From NCBI GenBank assembly GCA_951406725.2, contig OX597816.1:60574001-60638000 (forward strand): a stretch of DNA of 64,000 nt, read 5' to 3'. Made by a program: the position numbers and the translations under genes. Shown here in pieces: positions 1-13,661 of this stretch (the first letter of the stretch is position 1; every line of letters begins with the position of its first letter). The stretch comes from Octopus vulgaris. Lineage: Eukaryota. Below the pieces are notes generated by a model. That model was not told the DNA's origin. It did no database searches and worked only from the letters and a program-made list of their open reading frames with translations.

Positions 1-27
1 ACAAAAACAAAAAACAAAAAACAAAAC

Positions 28-70
<43 letters not shown>

Positions 71-179
71 TGTATATAGGTGAGAGAGTCGGTATGTGAA
101 AGCACATGATTGGATGTATAAAAGACAAAATAGAGTGAAAAAAACTGCAGAAGCCTTGTGTTATATGGCTAAAGAATAT

Positions 180-980
180 ATTTAAATCGTTATGTTAGGA
201 AAATGTTATGAAATTTTGCGTAATGTAATATTGTTTTTGGAGAAATAACCGGTTTCGTGCTTTCTTTTCAAATTTCTCAAATTTCTTTACCGATATTCTG
301 TCAACTCTTTGCTATGAAGTAAAGTATGAGAGTTCTAGACTGGGGAAGGTAATCAAGGATTTTTTCGGTATAAGGGAGTTAATAAAAAATGTTGGGAATG
401 ACTAGGTTTTATTAATTTAATATGATTTGGTTTATAAAGAATAGAATGTTAGAAGTGGTTAAGTTTTGCTTTACATTTTTTCAATGAGGTAAGTTTCCTT
501 ATTTAAAATTGCTAGAAATGGTTAAGTTTTGGCTTATATTTTTCAATGAAGTAGGTTTACTTATTTAATCTAACTTGTGTTAGTGTTCCAATGGCACATT
601 GATAAAATGGAAAGATTTCAAATCGTGGTAGCAGTTGCTTTGTGCATTTCTCAATGTGTTCACTAAAGGGTATCATTCTGTATTCTGGGAATGCAATCTG
701 CTGTCGGTGCAGAATGCATCTGCGTCTGAGGGATAATCCCGTAGACCCTATGTAGTTTTGGTGGCAGCCCAAGCATCTTATAACATAAACCAGGTTTTCT
801 GAGGCACAAGTAAAGTCAGATTTGATTTTTGGAAATTACAAAGAGGGATAAAAATTCAAAATCAAATCTGACTTTACTCTCATACAAGCAACATGTACTT
901 AAAACGCCTTAAGAAAATACGAAAATGCAATATTTTCAACAATTTTAATATCATGATTAGCGAAACGCAAGGTCCGTAGA
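180..980 (-). mobile_element. Decayed Penelope-like element fragment (GIY-YIG endonuclease end and 3' region)
   Basis: Minus strand about 557-820 reads SDFTCASENLVYVIRCLGCHQNYIGSTGLSLRRR..H (VY..C..C...YIG GIY-YIG motif). Short inverted repeat 812-829/858-875. Degenerate hammerhead-like motif at 241-277 (-). Confidence 0.75.
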
Positions 981-1144
981 TTATCATAATATTCTGTCCT
1001 TTAAAATATATTAAATATATATAAACTGTGTGCATTTTCTTTCTCTTGAAATATATATAATATATATTTTTTTCACTAGAACTCACCAAGTAGGGGAAAA
1101 TCTCTTCAACGAAATTATTTTTACTCTCTCTCTTTCTCTCTCTC

Positions 1145-1187
<43 letters not shown>

Positions 1188-1192
1188 ATCTA

Positions 1193-1231
<39 letters not shown>

Positions 1232-1233
1232 AA

Positions 1234-1267
<34 letters not shown>

Positions 1268-1268
<1 letters not shown>

Positions 1269-1510
1269 GAGGCGCAATGGCCCAGTGGTTAGGATCGCGG
1301 TTTCGATTCCCAGACCGGGCGTTGTGAGTGTTTATTGAGCGAAAACACCTAAAAAGCTCCACAAGGCTCCGGCAGGGTATGGTGATCACTGCTGTACTCT
1401 TTCACCACTCTTTCTCCCCCTCTTTCTTCTGTTGGCCTGCTCGCTTAGCCAGCGGGGTGGCGTCATTCGAAGGCTTAAACAATGCGAACGCATTATGACC
1501 AGCGATGTAC
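1268..1510 (+). mobile_element. tRNA-derived SINE (internally deleted head)
   Basis: A-box-like TGGCCCAGTGG and B-box GGTTTCGATTCC, flanked by microsatellites. Confidence 0.65.
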
Positions 1511-1585
1511 ATACATACATCACGTGATCACGTGACCACGTGACCGACCAGACCATCAGATGGTCTCTCTCTCTCTCTCTCTCTA

Positions 1586-1679
<94 letters not shown>

Positions 1680-2365
1680 TAACAACATCGCCTCGTCTGA
1701 CGTGCATATCACCAAGATGGTAGCGATGTGCAGGCGAATGGTCGGATGGATTCTGAGGACCTCCAGAATAAGGTACTGGAAAACTATGCTGGTTCTATAT
1801 ATCAGTACTGCTCTCAACTGTGGTCACTCCACAGTGTCAAATTAATAGCGGAACTTGAGACAATTCAGCAGTACTACACCATGAAGATTGCATCAATGGA
1901 ATATCTGAGCTACTGAGAGAGAGACTTAAAGAGTTACGACTCTCCTCTCCTTGAGCGAAGACGGGAGAAAAATGCAGTGATATACGTATGGAAGATCCTG
2001 AAGGGATTGAGACCTGCACGATGTCACTGCACGGTTCCAAAGGTCCTACCCATCCTATTTAATGTGAGGCCCAGATACTACAATAGCTTGAGATACACGG
2101 GCCCATGGCTACTTAATACCTTGAAAAAATATCCCAAGGAACTGCATGGAGTGGTGGAGTATGTTTTCAAGAAACAACTTGACCTCTGTTGTCCAAGGTA
2201 CCAGATGAGCCTACATCACGGCAAGAACTCGAAAGAGGGCTGTAGTATCGAACTCCCTTCTTCACCAAAAGCCAGTCACATAAGAATGGCCACTGTAAAG
2301 GTGCTACTACAGACGGTGCCTCGGCATGACCACAACCTTTGGGCTGAAATGCATAAAAGAATAAA
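1680..2365 (+). mobile_element. CR1-group LINE 3' remnant
   Basis: Broken frames [27 protein letters not shown] and IYVWKILKGL match the LINE ORF2 C-terminus. Related to the copy at 34.4-35 kb. Confidence 0.7.
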
Positions 2366-3640
2366 AGAATATATGTATGTATATATGTATGAATGCATGT
2401 ATAAATGCATGTATGTGTGTGTACGTATGTATCATCTATCTTTTACTTGCTTCAGTCATTGGAATGCGGCGATGCTGGATTGCTGCCTTATAGGGCTTTA
2501 GTTTACCAAATTTACTCCAATACTCCTGACTCATTCCATCGGTTTTTTGGGGCCGAACCTGTAAATTACGGGATTCAGCAAACAAACCAGCAGCGGTTGT
2601 CAAGCATTGGTGGGGATGTGTGAAAAAGACATACACAAAGACACACACGCATATGCATACATGTGTGTGTGTGCGCGCGCTCGCGCGCACGTGCGTGTGT
2701 GTGGTTTGTATGAATGTGTGTATTCATTACTGGCTTGCATGTGCGCATAATTGCATGCACAAATACACATACACATACTATGCATATTGATATGTGTGTG
2801 TGTGTGCGTGTGTGCGTGTGTATGTGTATACATGCATGTATGTAAGTATGTATGGTATATAAGCACATATCTGCCTGTTGGTAAGCATTATGTATGTATG
2901 TATGTATGTATGTATGTATATATGCATGTATGAATGTATGTATGTATGCATGTATGTATGCATGTATGTATGCATGTATGTATGCATGCATGTATTGTAT
3001 GTATGAATGTATGTATGTATACATGCATGGATGAATGTATGAATGTATGTATGAATGTATGTATGTATGTATGTATGTATGTATGTATGAATGCATGTAT
3101 GTATGCATGCATGCATGTATGTATGTATGTATGTTTGCACGCATGCATGAATCTATATACTATGTGGAAGTAGATAGGAGACTAGTATCTATGAAGTCGA
3201 CCCATCTCCGAAACAGAAATCAATCCTTCGCTGAATGAAATCATTCGCTGCCATTGAATTTGTACTTAAGATCTTTATGATATTGCTTTGAAGGAATTTT
3301 CATTATTTCTTTTGCAGCATCCTTGTGAAAAGGATGGGAATTATAATTAGAAAGAAGATATTGAAATATTTCCGGCTAAATCTTTCTTAGGGGTATAATG
3401 ACCGAAGGAAATTACTCCGAGTAGCTATCTGCACTAAAATTAATAGTCAAGTTATGATCGTATTTTATGTTGTAACGTGCAGGGTGGGGTGGGTAGCTGG
3501 AATCTAATTAATTACATACTCGGCTGAGAAGGGAAAATTATTCATTGATTAGATAATAAATAATAATGTTAAATTAATTTTTTTTTCGTGGTATGAAGTA
3601 TGATGGTACTAACATCACTCTGTGTTATAGATTGAAATTA

Positions 3641-4210
3641 TATTGGGTTGTCCGGAAAGTTTGTGCCAATTTTTAAAGGAAAGAAAAAGGTCAATAAATA
3701 CTTGCCATTATATTTTTAATCAACCAAATATGAACCATTTTGTTTCACAATGCGTCTCCATCTTTCCTTTAACTTGAAAATACCCTCTTCCCAAAATTGA
3801 GGTGGTTTCATGGCAAAGAATTCGTCAATGTATCTTTTTATGTCATCCAAGGAATTGAAATTTTTACCAGTAAGACTATTCTGCAGAGAACTGAATAAGT
3901 GGAAATCCGAAGGAGTAATATCTGGTGAAAATGGAGAGTGGGGTAACACAACCCAGCCGAGCTGCAGCAATTTTTGTCTGGTTCCCAAAGCATCGAGTGC
4001 CGAAAATGAACTTTCTTATCTTCCATTTTAAAGGGTTACAGAATTAACACAGGTTATAGGAACATAAATCTTCTTCCATGAAAAGATAGCTTAAATTGTG
4101 CTCTAAATGGAGGTGTAGTCAAATCCTATTTTATGGACTCAACAATGTTCTAAAATAAGTCGAAAGGTAAGCTACTATAAATCGGCACGAACTTTCCGGA
4201 CAACCCAATA
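3641..4210 (-). mobile_element. Internally deleted mariner (Tc1/mariner) element
   Basis: TIRs TATTGGGTTGTCCGGAAAGTT (3641) and AACTTTCCGGACAACCCAATA (to 4210). N-terminus MEDKKVHFRH is fused to the C-terminus LPHSPFSPDITPSDFHLF...LKERW. Confidence 0.92.
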
Positions 4211-4682
4211 ATTTCATTTGAGTTTTGAAGTTAATCTGTCGGCCTCTATATGCGTGCGTGTGTGTATGTGTGTATACATACATACATACATACATACATA
4301 CATACATACATAAATACATCATTTAACGTCCGCTGTTCATGTTAGCATGAGTTAGACAGTTTGACCAGAGCTGGCAAGCTGGAGAGCTGCATCATACTCA
4401 AATCTAATTTAGCACGGAGTTTTGAAGTTTTGATATATACATATATTAATATTATTATCAAAAACAGTTCAGGCCCAGATTTCTGAATCGGTAATCTGTA
4501 CCTGAGCGAGGAAGATTTCCGTTAGAAACTTGCAAATCTTTAAGTCGCATGGAGCCGAATCAAACTGTTTTAAACAATGATATAACTCCTACTAAATGCA
4601 TTGAGTGGCATTTTCTTTTGTTTGTTCACTCGTTCATTTATTTGTTAATACACATACATACACGCACGCACACACACATACA

Positions 4683-4737
<55 letters not shown>

Positions 4738-5037
4738 AGATACACGGACGCAGATACCCACACATTCACACAGAGACAATCACATATATGTATGTATATA
4801 TCACTTCAATTTTTTATTAATGTGGTGAAGTGAGAGAAGTGGCACATGGTCAACCAAAATGATTTACGGTAGAGTAATGGCTCTCAGTTTTCGAGTTCAA
4901 CGAGGTTGACTATACTCTCCATCGTTTTGTATTTATTTATTTTATAGTTATATCTAGCATCACCAGCATCAACAGTGGCTGCATTTACACCCGCACAAAC
5001 ACCAATAACAATACATAACCTATATAATCAGCTAGGT

Positions 5038-5290
5038 GGAGGCGCGTGGCTTTGTGGTTAGGGTGTCAGCATCATGATCGTAAAATTGTGGTTTCGATTC
5101 CTGGACCGGGCGCCGCGTTGTGTTCTTGAGCAAAACACTTCATTTCACGTTGCTCCAGTCCACTCAGCTGGCAAAAATGAGTAACTCTGCGATGCTCTGG
5201 CATCCCGTCCAGTTGGGGAACACATACGCCATAGAAACCGGGAAACCGGGCCCATGAGCCTGGCTAGGCTTTAAAAGGACGCATTATATA
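5038..5290 (+). mobile_element. tRNA-derived SINE
   Basis: A box TGGCTTTGTGG, B box GGTTTCGATTCC and a TTGAGCAAAACAC core-like segment. Confidence 0.7.
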
Positions 5291-5299
5291 ATCAGCTAC

Positions 5300-5895
5300 A
5301 CCTGTGGTTCTCAACCAGGTTTTGTCTATGGGCCCCTTTGATTCCTGTTTTACTTGGATGGACCCTCATAGCCATCCAATGAATATATAAAAAATCCTGC
5401 TGTATTTTTATAAAAGAATGAACATATTTTGTGTATTGCTGAAGTATAAACAATTTGTTGCACATGAATTTTAACAATATCTTGTATAGGCGCAGGAGTG
5501 GTTGTGTGGTAAGTAGCTTGCTTACCAACCACCGTGGCTCCGAGTTCAGTCCCACTGCATGGCACCTTGGGCAAGTATCTTCTACTATAGCCTCGGGCCG
5601 ACCAAGGTCTTGTGGGTGGATTTGGTAGATGGAAACTGAAAGAAGCCTGTCATATATATGTGTTTCTGTATGTCTGTGTTTGCCCCCCCCCCCCCATCAC
5701 TTCACAACCAATATTGGCGTATTCAGGTCCCTGTAACTTAGCGGTTCGGCAAAACAGACTGATGGAATAAGTCCTGGGGTTGATTTGTTCGACTAAAGGC
5801 GGTGCTCCGGCATGGCCGCAGTCAAATGACTGAAACAAATAAAAGAATAAAAGAACCCCCCAAGGGCCATATGGACCCCGGTGGAGAACCGCTGA
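5300..5895. mobile_element. Non-autonomous hAT-type MITE interrupted by a SINE
   Basis: Ends CTGTGGTTCTCAACC and GGTGGAGAACCGCTG. A related uninterrupted copy lies at 22792-23076. Confidence 0.6.
5487..5855 (+). mobile_element. Abundant tRNA-derived SINE family copy
   Basis: Head GGCGCAGGAGTGGTTGTGTGGTAAG...GAGTTCAGTCCC and tail GCCGCAGTCAAATGACTGAAACAAATAAAAG. The family recurs at about 10415, 13220, 19200, 43050 and 47695. Confidence 0.8.
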
Positions 5896-6457
5896 TTTAC
5901 TCCAACACCTATACTGGCTCTATGTGGTCACACGACCTGCTAGTAATAGCAGTGAAATTCCTTTACATCATGCTTTACCATCTTCAAAAAAAAAAAAAAA
6001 AAAAGAAGGAAAAGAAGGATTAGATATTATAATCATTAATACAAAAGAAAATAAAAAGACAGGTTAATTGCGAGTGGAATGTCTTTCATCATAGATCTAT
6101 TAAATCAATGTTGATCTGGCACTAAACGTATTTTACCAGTAGTTTTTTTTTTTGTTCCACTTTTGTTCTTTATTTTTTCTTTTTCCTATTTACTTTGTCT
6201 TGTTTAAGCTACTTTCACTTAGGTAGTCACTTATTTACTAAACATGGAGTGGCGGCTGAAAGAATTCGGAATATATGGGTATTGTGATGTTCATGTCTTT
6301 CCCAAGTGCATAATCAGTGATAAGTGAATTCTTCTGCCAAAACTGTGATGGAAACCCATTTTCTTTCCCTTCTTATACTGTTTGTTCTCTGACAGCTGTC
6401 TTGTTCAGTGCATTTACAGTATATTGCATTAATATATATTGAGACGAAGACAAACAT

Positions 6458-6551
<94 letters not shown>

Positions 6552-7536
6552 GTTCATACACACGCTGACAGTAATCAAAGCAGATATGTTGAACTGGTGA
6601 TTTTAAAATTGCTTGACTTGACAGACACTGTGCAGCGAAATGCTTGTTGTAGTAGGTTATTATTTAGCTAGAGCTGTGGAATTCGCATTAAAATCGTAGT
6701 GGCTGGCAATTTGTGTGGATTTTGTTTCAGTCAGAGAGCCGAAAGAAAATCGATCGATAGAAACTTCTTAACTGACTGATCAGGCCCTAAACATCCGCAG
6801 CTGATATTATCTGTAAAATCAGAATGTGTAAATAAAACCTGTCATTCCCCCCCCCCCCACCATCTGCAAATACAAATCTGTTGCCCTGTTCTCTGCTTTG
6901 CATTGTTTTGTTTTCACTCCATTTTTCTAATGATTCCTTCTTTTGTTAATAGTGTTTACTATTCAGCAAACTTTTCGTTATTCTTTCGATGTATAACAAA
7001 TATTTCGCCAGATAATTCATCTGAAATCGCATGTTAACTTAGGCAGGGACAAGGTATGTTAGCCTCTGTATTTGCCAATTTTATGAAACGTACACTCCAG
7101 CTGGATGTTTTTATTATTGCATTTTAAGTCATTAGGTAAGTAGATATATCTTTATGAGGTGCTAAGCTTATAATTTCTGCCCCCTCTTCCTCCCCCCCCC
7201 CCTTCTCCCTCTCTCCCTCCCTCTCTCATCGCCATCAGGATTTCTGCTTGCTTAAATTTGTTATATAAACTATGCCGAATATTTGTGAGTGTATAAGTGT
7301 TTGCGCGCGCCGCGCGTTTGTCTGTGAATCTGCGTCTGTGTGTGTGTTTGTGTGTAAGTGTATGACTGCATATGTTCGTGAAGTAGATAAAACAGGGGAC
7401 AACTGACGAAGGGAATGTTCTTTATGTTGCCTGTCTCGTTTCTCATTTTGTTCACATTTTTTGGACGTCCTGTATCCATATATATGCATGTATATGTACA
7501 TATATATATGTAGGCATGTACATGTATGTGTATATA

Positions 7537-7572
<36 letters not shown>

Positions 7573-7664
7573 CATGTACATGTATGTGTATATATGCATA
7601 TATATATTATTTATATTTTATATATAGGCATGTACATGTATGCGTATATATATTATTTATATAT

Positions 7665-7696
<32 letters not shown>

Positions 7697-7843
7697 GCAT
7701 ATACATGTATGTGTATATATGCATATATATATTATTTATATTATATATATATATGTGTGTGGGGTGGGGTGGGGGGTGGGGGTGTATGTATATATATATA
7801 CATATAGATAGATAGACAGGCAGACAGACAGACAGACAGATAA

Positions 7844-7884
<41 letters not shown>

Positions 7885-8585
7885 CTTTATATACATACAT
7901 ACATAAATATACATACATACATACATGCATACATAAATACATACATACATACATACATACATACATACATACATACATACATACATACACACACACACTC
8001 CCACACATATACAGATACACTGGGAAATGAGTTTCCTGTGTTCTCTGCATGCAGTAAAAAAGACGGGTGATCACGGTGAGAATGCTTTTAGTCAGAGTTT
8101 TATTTGATCAGGTCTAACCGAGAATTAGACAACTCTAGATGAGATGAGGAAAAGATAAGTGCAATAACAAGATCAACAAGACAGTCCAAATTTTTTACAC
8201 AAGGAAGTGGCAATTAGATTTCAGCTAAAAATAAATTTCTCAGTATAAACAAATATAGCAATGATTCATATTGCTTTTCCAAAAAGCACAAGAAACAAGT
8301 CCGTATATGTTTCGATCCTATTCTGATCTTTTCAGAGAAGCAGTTCTGCAAAATAAGAGATGAGGGTATTATATAAACCATGAGTAATGTTGTTATCTCA
8401 GCAAGAATTTATCTCTAATTAACGTTTGATGTACCTTGTATGAAATATTACCACTAACTTAAATATTGGTTTTCATGGCGTCTCTGAATTATTTCATCTC
8501 ATCACAACTCTACTTTCCTACTTCAATAATTATACGTTGCTATATTTCAAACTATCTTGGAAAAATTGTTAATATAATAATACCT

Positions 8586-8618
<33 letters not shown>

Positions 8619-9329
8619 TTGTAACATCACCTTAACAATTGAGATATTTTTACATTTCTATACCTGCAGTATCTTTTTTTTTTTTCCCCATTACCATTAG
8701 ATGGTTATTCCTTTATATATACATAGTACCCGTCTGAACAGAACTATAAACCTGTATTTGTAAGCTAAGAAGAATAACAGTCTTAATCACTTGACCACTG
8801 GTTCGTGAGTGCATTTAATATTACTTTTTTTCTTCCTTCATCTACAATTTTTTATTACCAATTTAAACACCAATTGATAACATGGTGATGATATTTAGTA
8901 GCTTCCACACCGAAAAGGAATATTGCCAACATTTGGGGGGGATTCACTATATTTACTATTATGATCAGTTATAACTGACAGCTACAATAAATTTTCTTTT
9001 ATTTATTTATTTATTTATTTTTTGCATTCTTAGCTCTAGAAAATACAACAGTGAAACAACTTGCTTGATTAAGACACACAGACGACACCTTGATATCTTG
9101 GCAAGATCAAATAGACATTCAAGTTCTTGTAGACCACAAGAACTACGTACTTAAGTCTAGTTTATCCTAGATAAAGAAAGTAACAACCAACGACCGTTCT
9201 TTGATGTGCTAATATAAAGAACAGAAGCAAGTACACAACAACGAACAATTACCGAATTCTTTTTAAACTATGAGTCTCATAATCCATGTAATATTTAAAC
9301 ATAAATTATCAGATCCCCACATTAACAGG

Positions 9330-10110
9330 GCTGAAATGTTCATAGGCTGACTATGAAGGAATGATACTTGAGCTGTGAAATTATGCGAGCATTCATTTCA
9401 TCTCTTCTTAATAATAATTGCGGTGTTTTTTTTTGGGGGGGGGGGTAAATTGACAGCTTGTTCAAAGAAGACTTACTTCAAAAGTAATTAGTTGCATCTT
9501 CACTTGGAAATGGACTGGCATTGTAGTGTTATCAAGTACCTGTTGGGAAAAGGCTTAGCTCCCAAGTTATTCATGCTGAGATGGTTGCTACATTAGGGGA
9601 TGACGTTGAAGCTTTATCAACAATGCAAAAGTGGGCAGCTGAAGTTAGGAAGGGAACGGAGAGTCTTGAAAATGACCCAACGTCTGGACGTTCTGCAACT
9701 GCCACCACCGGGGAAAACATTGATCGTGTTCACCACCACACGGTAATGGATGACAAGCAATTGACTATAAATCGATGCTATTAGAGTTGAGAATACTTTG
9801 TGCAATGACTTGGCATGCAGAAGGCTTCCGTTCGGTGGGTATCACCTCTTCTGACACCTGATCAAAAGCGAACCAGGCTAATCACATCACATGAAAATTT
9901 GGTATTGTTCTAAGTAGATCCAGCTGGTTTCCTTGAATGTTTTACGAACCCAGGATGAGTGTTGGTTTCATTACTTTGAGCCAGAGATAAAGAGACACTC
10001 CGTGCAATGAAAACACCCCTTCTCACCTGCTCTAAAGAAGGCCGAGATTGTTTCATCTGCTGGGGAGGTGATGGCTCAGTTCTGGGGATGCATAAGGTAT
10101 CGTTTCTTTG
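9330..10110 (+). mobile_element. Decayed mariner transposase remnant
   Basis: MVATLGDD...STMQKWAAE...SLENDPTSGRS (HTH region), followed by broken SVRWV, QDECWFHY and GEVMA-like motifs. Confidence 0.8.
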
Positions 10111-11486
10111 GATGTACTAGAAACAACAGCCAAATCGCCCTTAAATCACTTTTCCCTTTGAAAATATTAACAATTTTTTGCACTATTATACAAAGAAATA
10201 ATTAGACGTAAAATATAAAAATTATTAGAAACTGGAATCAAATGTGAAATTATTATCAAGGGGCTAGCAGAAAATCGCCCAGAGGGCGGTCTTTCTGCTA
10301 GTATATTCTATATAGTTTGTACAATGCCACATTAAAAACTCTTTTTTATGAGTACTACCGGATTACTAGAATCGATATTTTGTGACTTAAATATGTGTGT
10401 GTGTGTGTATATACACGCTGCTCACAAGGCTCTGGTCGATCCGAGGCTATAGTAGAAGACACTTGGCCAAGGTGTCATGCAAGTGGGATTGAATCCGGAA
10501 CCATGCGTTTGGGAAGCACACTCCTTACCACACAGCCACGTCTCCAGCATTTTTACAACCCGGTGAGTGAAATCTGTAATTTATTTTTTGTTTTAAATCT
10601 TTTCTTAATTTATTCATCTTGCCTATAGAATGTATGAACACATCAAATACAACGCTAAGAAAGTCATCAGTTATTTTAAAGTATTACAAAAAATTTACTC
10701 AAAAAATTAAATGCCTGCAATACAACAAATAAAACTTCAGATAACAAAGTTATAAACTTCAGTCACTCTTTCATTAGACGAGTTACTATTCTTTCCCGCT
10801 AGCTGACCAGATATTTATAAGCATTTACAAAACATTTACCAAGTCAATACAAAATAAAATAAGACAAGGAACAAATGAAGGAGTCTTTATCATGTCACTT
10901 TATCTGCTTGAAATAGCTACCAAATCTTCGTTAAATAACACACTACTGTTTTAAAAAGTTAGATCACGTAGAATAATATAGAACCAGATAAACTACAAAT
11001 AAAAGATACAGGATGATCACGAAAGGGTCTAAAATAAACATGACTCCTGGGTTACTAAATCACAACTTCTATCTGGAAGTCAGTGACTGCTAATACAGCA
11101 TCTCTTAATGCTTTTCTGACAGCTCCAAGCTCCTAGCTCCCGGCAAATCGAGCAACGAGTTTTCGACGACGACGAAGCTCTATTATCTGTATCCTTTAGC
11201 AGGCAAGAGCCTGAATCTCCTATCATTTCAGCTACTTGGTTAGAATAATTACAAATATTGTAATCGCTTCCGAAAATGGTTATTCTAGAAATGCATATTT
11301 TGAAGTTGCATGCAGACTAAAACTTAATTGATACTGATCGATTTGAAAGACATCTGCTCTAACAAGATTTCTCATATTAAACGTAAACTCTTGCCTGGCA
11401 TTAGTAACGATTTGTAAAGCTTAACTTAAGATTATCCACTTCTACGCATACAAACCAAAAATTTTATGGGGAAGTAGTCAATTGTT

Positions 11487-11531
<45 letters not shown>

Positions 11532-11608
11532 TGTATGTGTGTGTGTGCGTGCGTGCGTGCGTGCGTGCATGCGTGCGTGCGTGCGTGCGTGCGTGCAAGT
11601 GTGTGTGT

Positions 11609-11639
<31 letters not shown>

Positions 11640-12308
11640 CAGTTTAATTCGTCTTTCATTTCTGTCACAGAATTCATACGAAATTTCCCACTCAATCAGG
11701 ATTTGTAACATCAAAACTAGCATTTGATTTTCGTATGACTTCCTCTCCTCATCACCAGTAATGATATAACTCTTAATTTACTGTATATTTAATCGATAAT
11801 GCAGTTAATTTTGATTTAGTTTGAGTAGATTCAAGGCTACAGAGTAAAACTGAGTGCTCCGATAATATATATGATTAATATTAATATTATTAATTGCGAA
11901 AGACGAAGCTAACATTACCGGACCTCTTATCTAGCTTCCAGAAATCCGGGATTTCCAGAAAGCCTAGGATACTAGTATTTAAAACCGAGAAAATAGAACG
12001 CCCAAAAGGGCTCCCAATCCTCTATGTCAGAAGAGGTTATGTTCGGATCACAGCTAAGCCTTAACCTAAGCCTAAGCTAACCTAGCGAAGGGGGGGTTCA
12101 GGAGCCTCTGAAAGGCAATGACTAATCTCGATCTAGACCTAACCACTCCTAGGGGTACTATCGGACAAGGCTGCATCGAAGATATGCATTGGAGAAGGTT
12201 TCCTCGGAGATCTGCATCGAAGATCTGCATTGGAGAAAGTTGCATCGAAGGTTTGCACACTATTATATATATATATATATACACACACACACAATATGTC
12301 ACATTCTC

Positions 12309-12356
<48 letters not shown>

Positions 12357-12915
12357 TTGATAACGAACCATGTAATTAAGACTCTGGAAAATTTATTTCA
12401 GTAAAATGTTGGGAGTGGGTAAAATTTCCGAGGCTTCTACCTCATCCCACCCCGTTTTTCGGACCCCAAAAAGAGTTTTGTAGCATATTAGGAGGTCACA
12501 AGAATTCATTCAACAAAAAAGAAAAAAAAATTCCCAATGATTCCAGGATTCCCACTCCTTTTTTCCGAACGAAAATAAGGGATGTGCAGCATATTAGGCG
12601 GTCAAGGTACTTGATTTCACGCCCAAAAAAAAACGATTTTTATTTTTTCCTTAGTGAAAATCGTATGGGTGAAAAGATATACTAACCTGCGTCCATTACA
12701 ACCTTCGAACAGGGTTGTAATGGACGCAGGTTCGTGTGTCATATAGCTAGCTAGAGGCGGTGGCCTCTTGGAGCTAATCATCGACAGCTTTAGTCTTATT
12801 TATAGACTGCCATATTAGTATGGCGATAACTATTAATATTCAGTAACGCTGCCGTAATCTCCTTTAGAGAGACTTAGTAATTGTTGTTTTTTGTTGCATG
12901 TTCATGTATGGATTG

Positions 12916-13027
<112 letters not shown>

Positions 13028-13147
13028 TGTATGTACATCAAAGCCTCATTGTTTCGACCAAACTAATGTATGATTTTCGCTGGTCACAAACTTCTTGGTA
13101 TTGTTTCAGCTTTCAAATGATGCCATCACACTGGATAGGCGAGCAGG

Positions 13148-13219
<72 letters not shown>

Positions 13220-13221
<2 letters not shown>

Positions 13222-13349
13222 GCGTAGTTGTGTGGTAAGAAGCTTGCCTCCCAACTACATATCTCCTGGTCAGCCGTACTGCGTGGCATCTTGAGTAGGT
13301 ATTTTCTTGTGAATGGATTTGGTAGACGGAAATTAAAAGAAGCCTGTCG

Positions 13350-13432
<83 letters not shown>

Positions 13433-13625
13433 TGAGTGTCGTGTCTTTGTGTCCACTTGACAACCGGTGTGTTTACGTCCTCATTACCTAGCTGTTCGGC
13501 AATAGAGAACGATAAAATAAGTACTGGGCTTAAAAACCAAAGTCCTGGGGTCGATTTGTTCGACTAAAATCCTTATCGGTGGTGCCACAGCATGGCCGCA
13601 GAAAAAAAGATTGAAATAAGTAAAA
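13220..13625 (+). mobile_element. SINE copy with internal (TA)n expansion
   Basis: Same head and tail as the 5487-5855 family. Confidence 0.75.
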
Positions 13626-13630
13626 CAAAA

Positions 13631-13661
<31 letters not shown>

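Noticed and set aside
8300-8340. Hammerhead-like CTGAAAA-gatc..gatc-GAAA on the minus strand
   Set aside because: Core G8 is mutated and stems I and III are poor. At most a relic.
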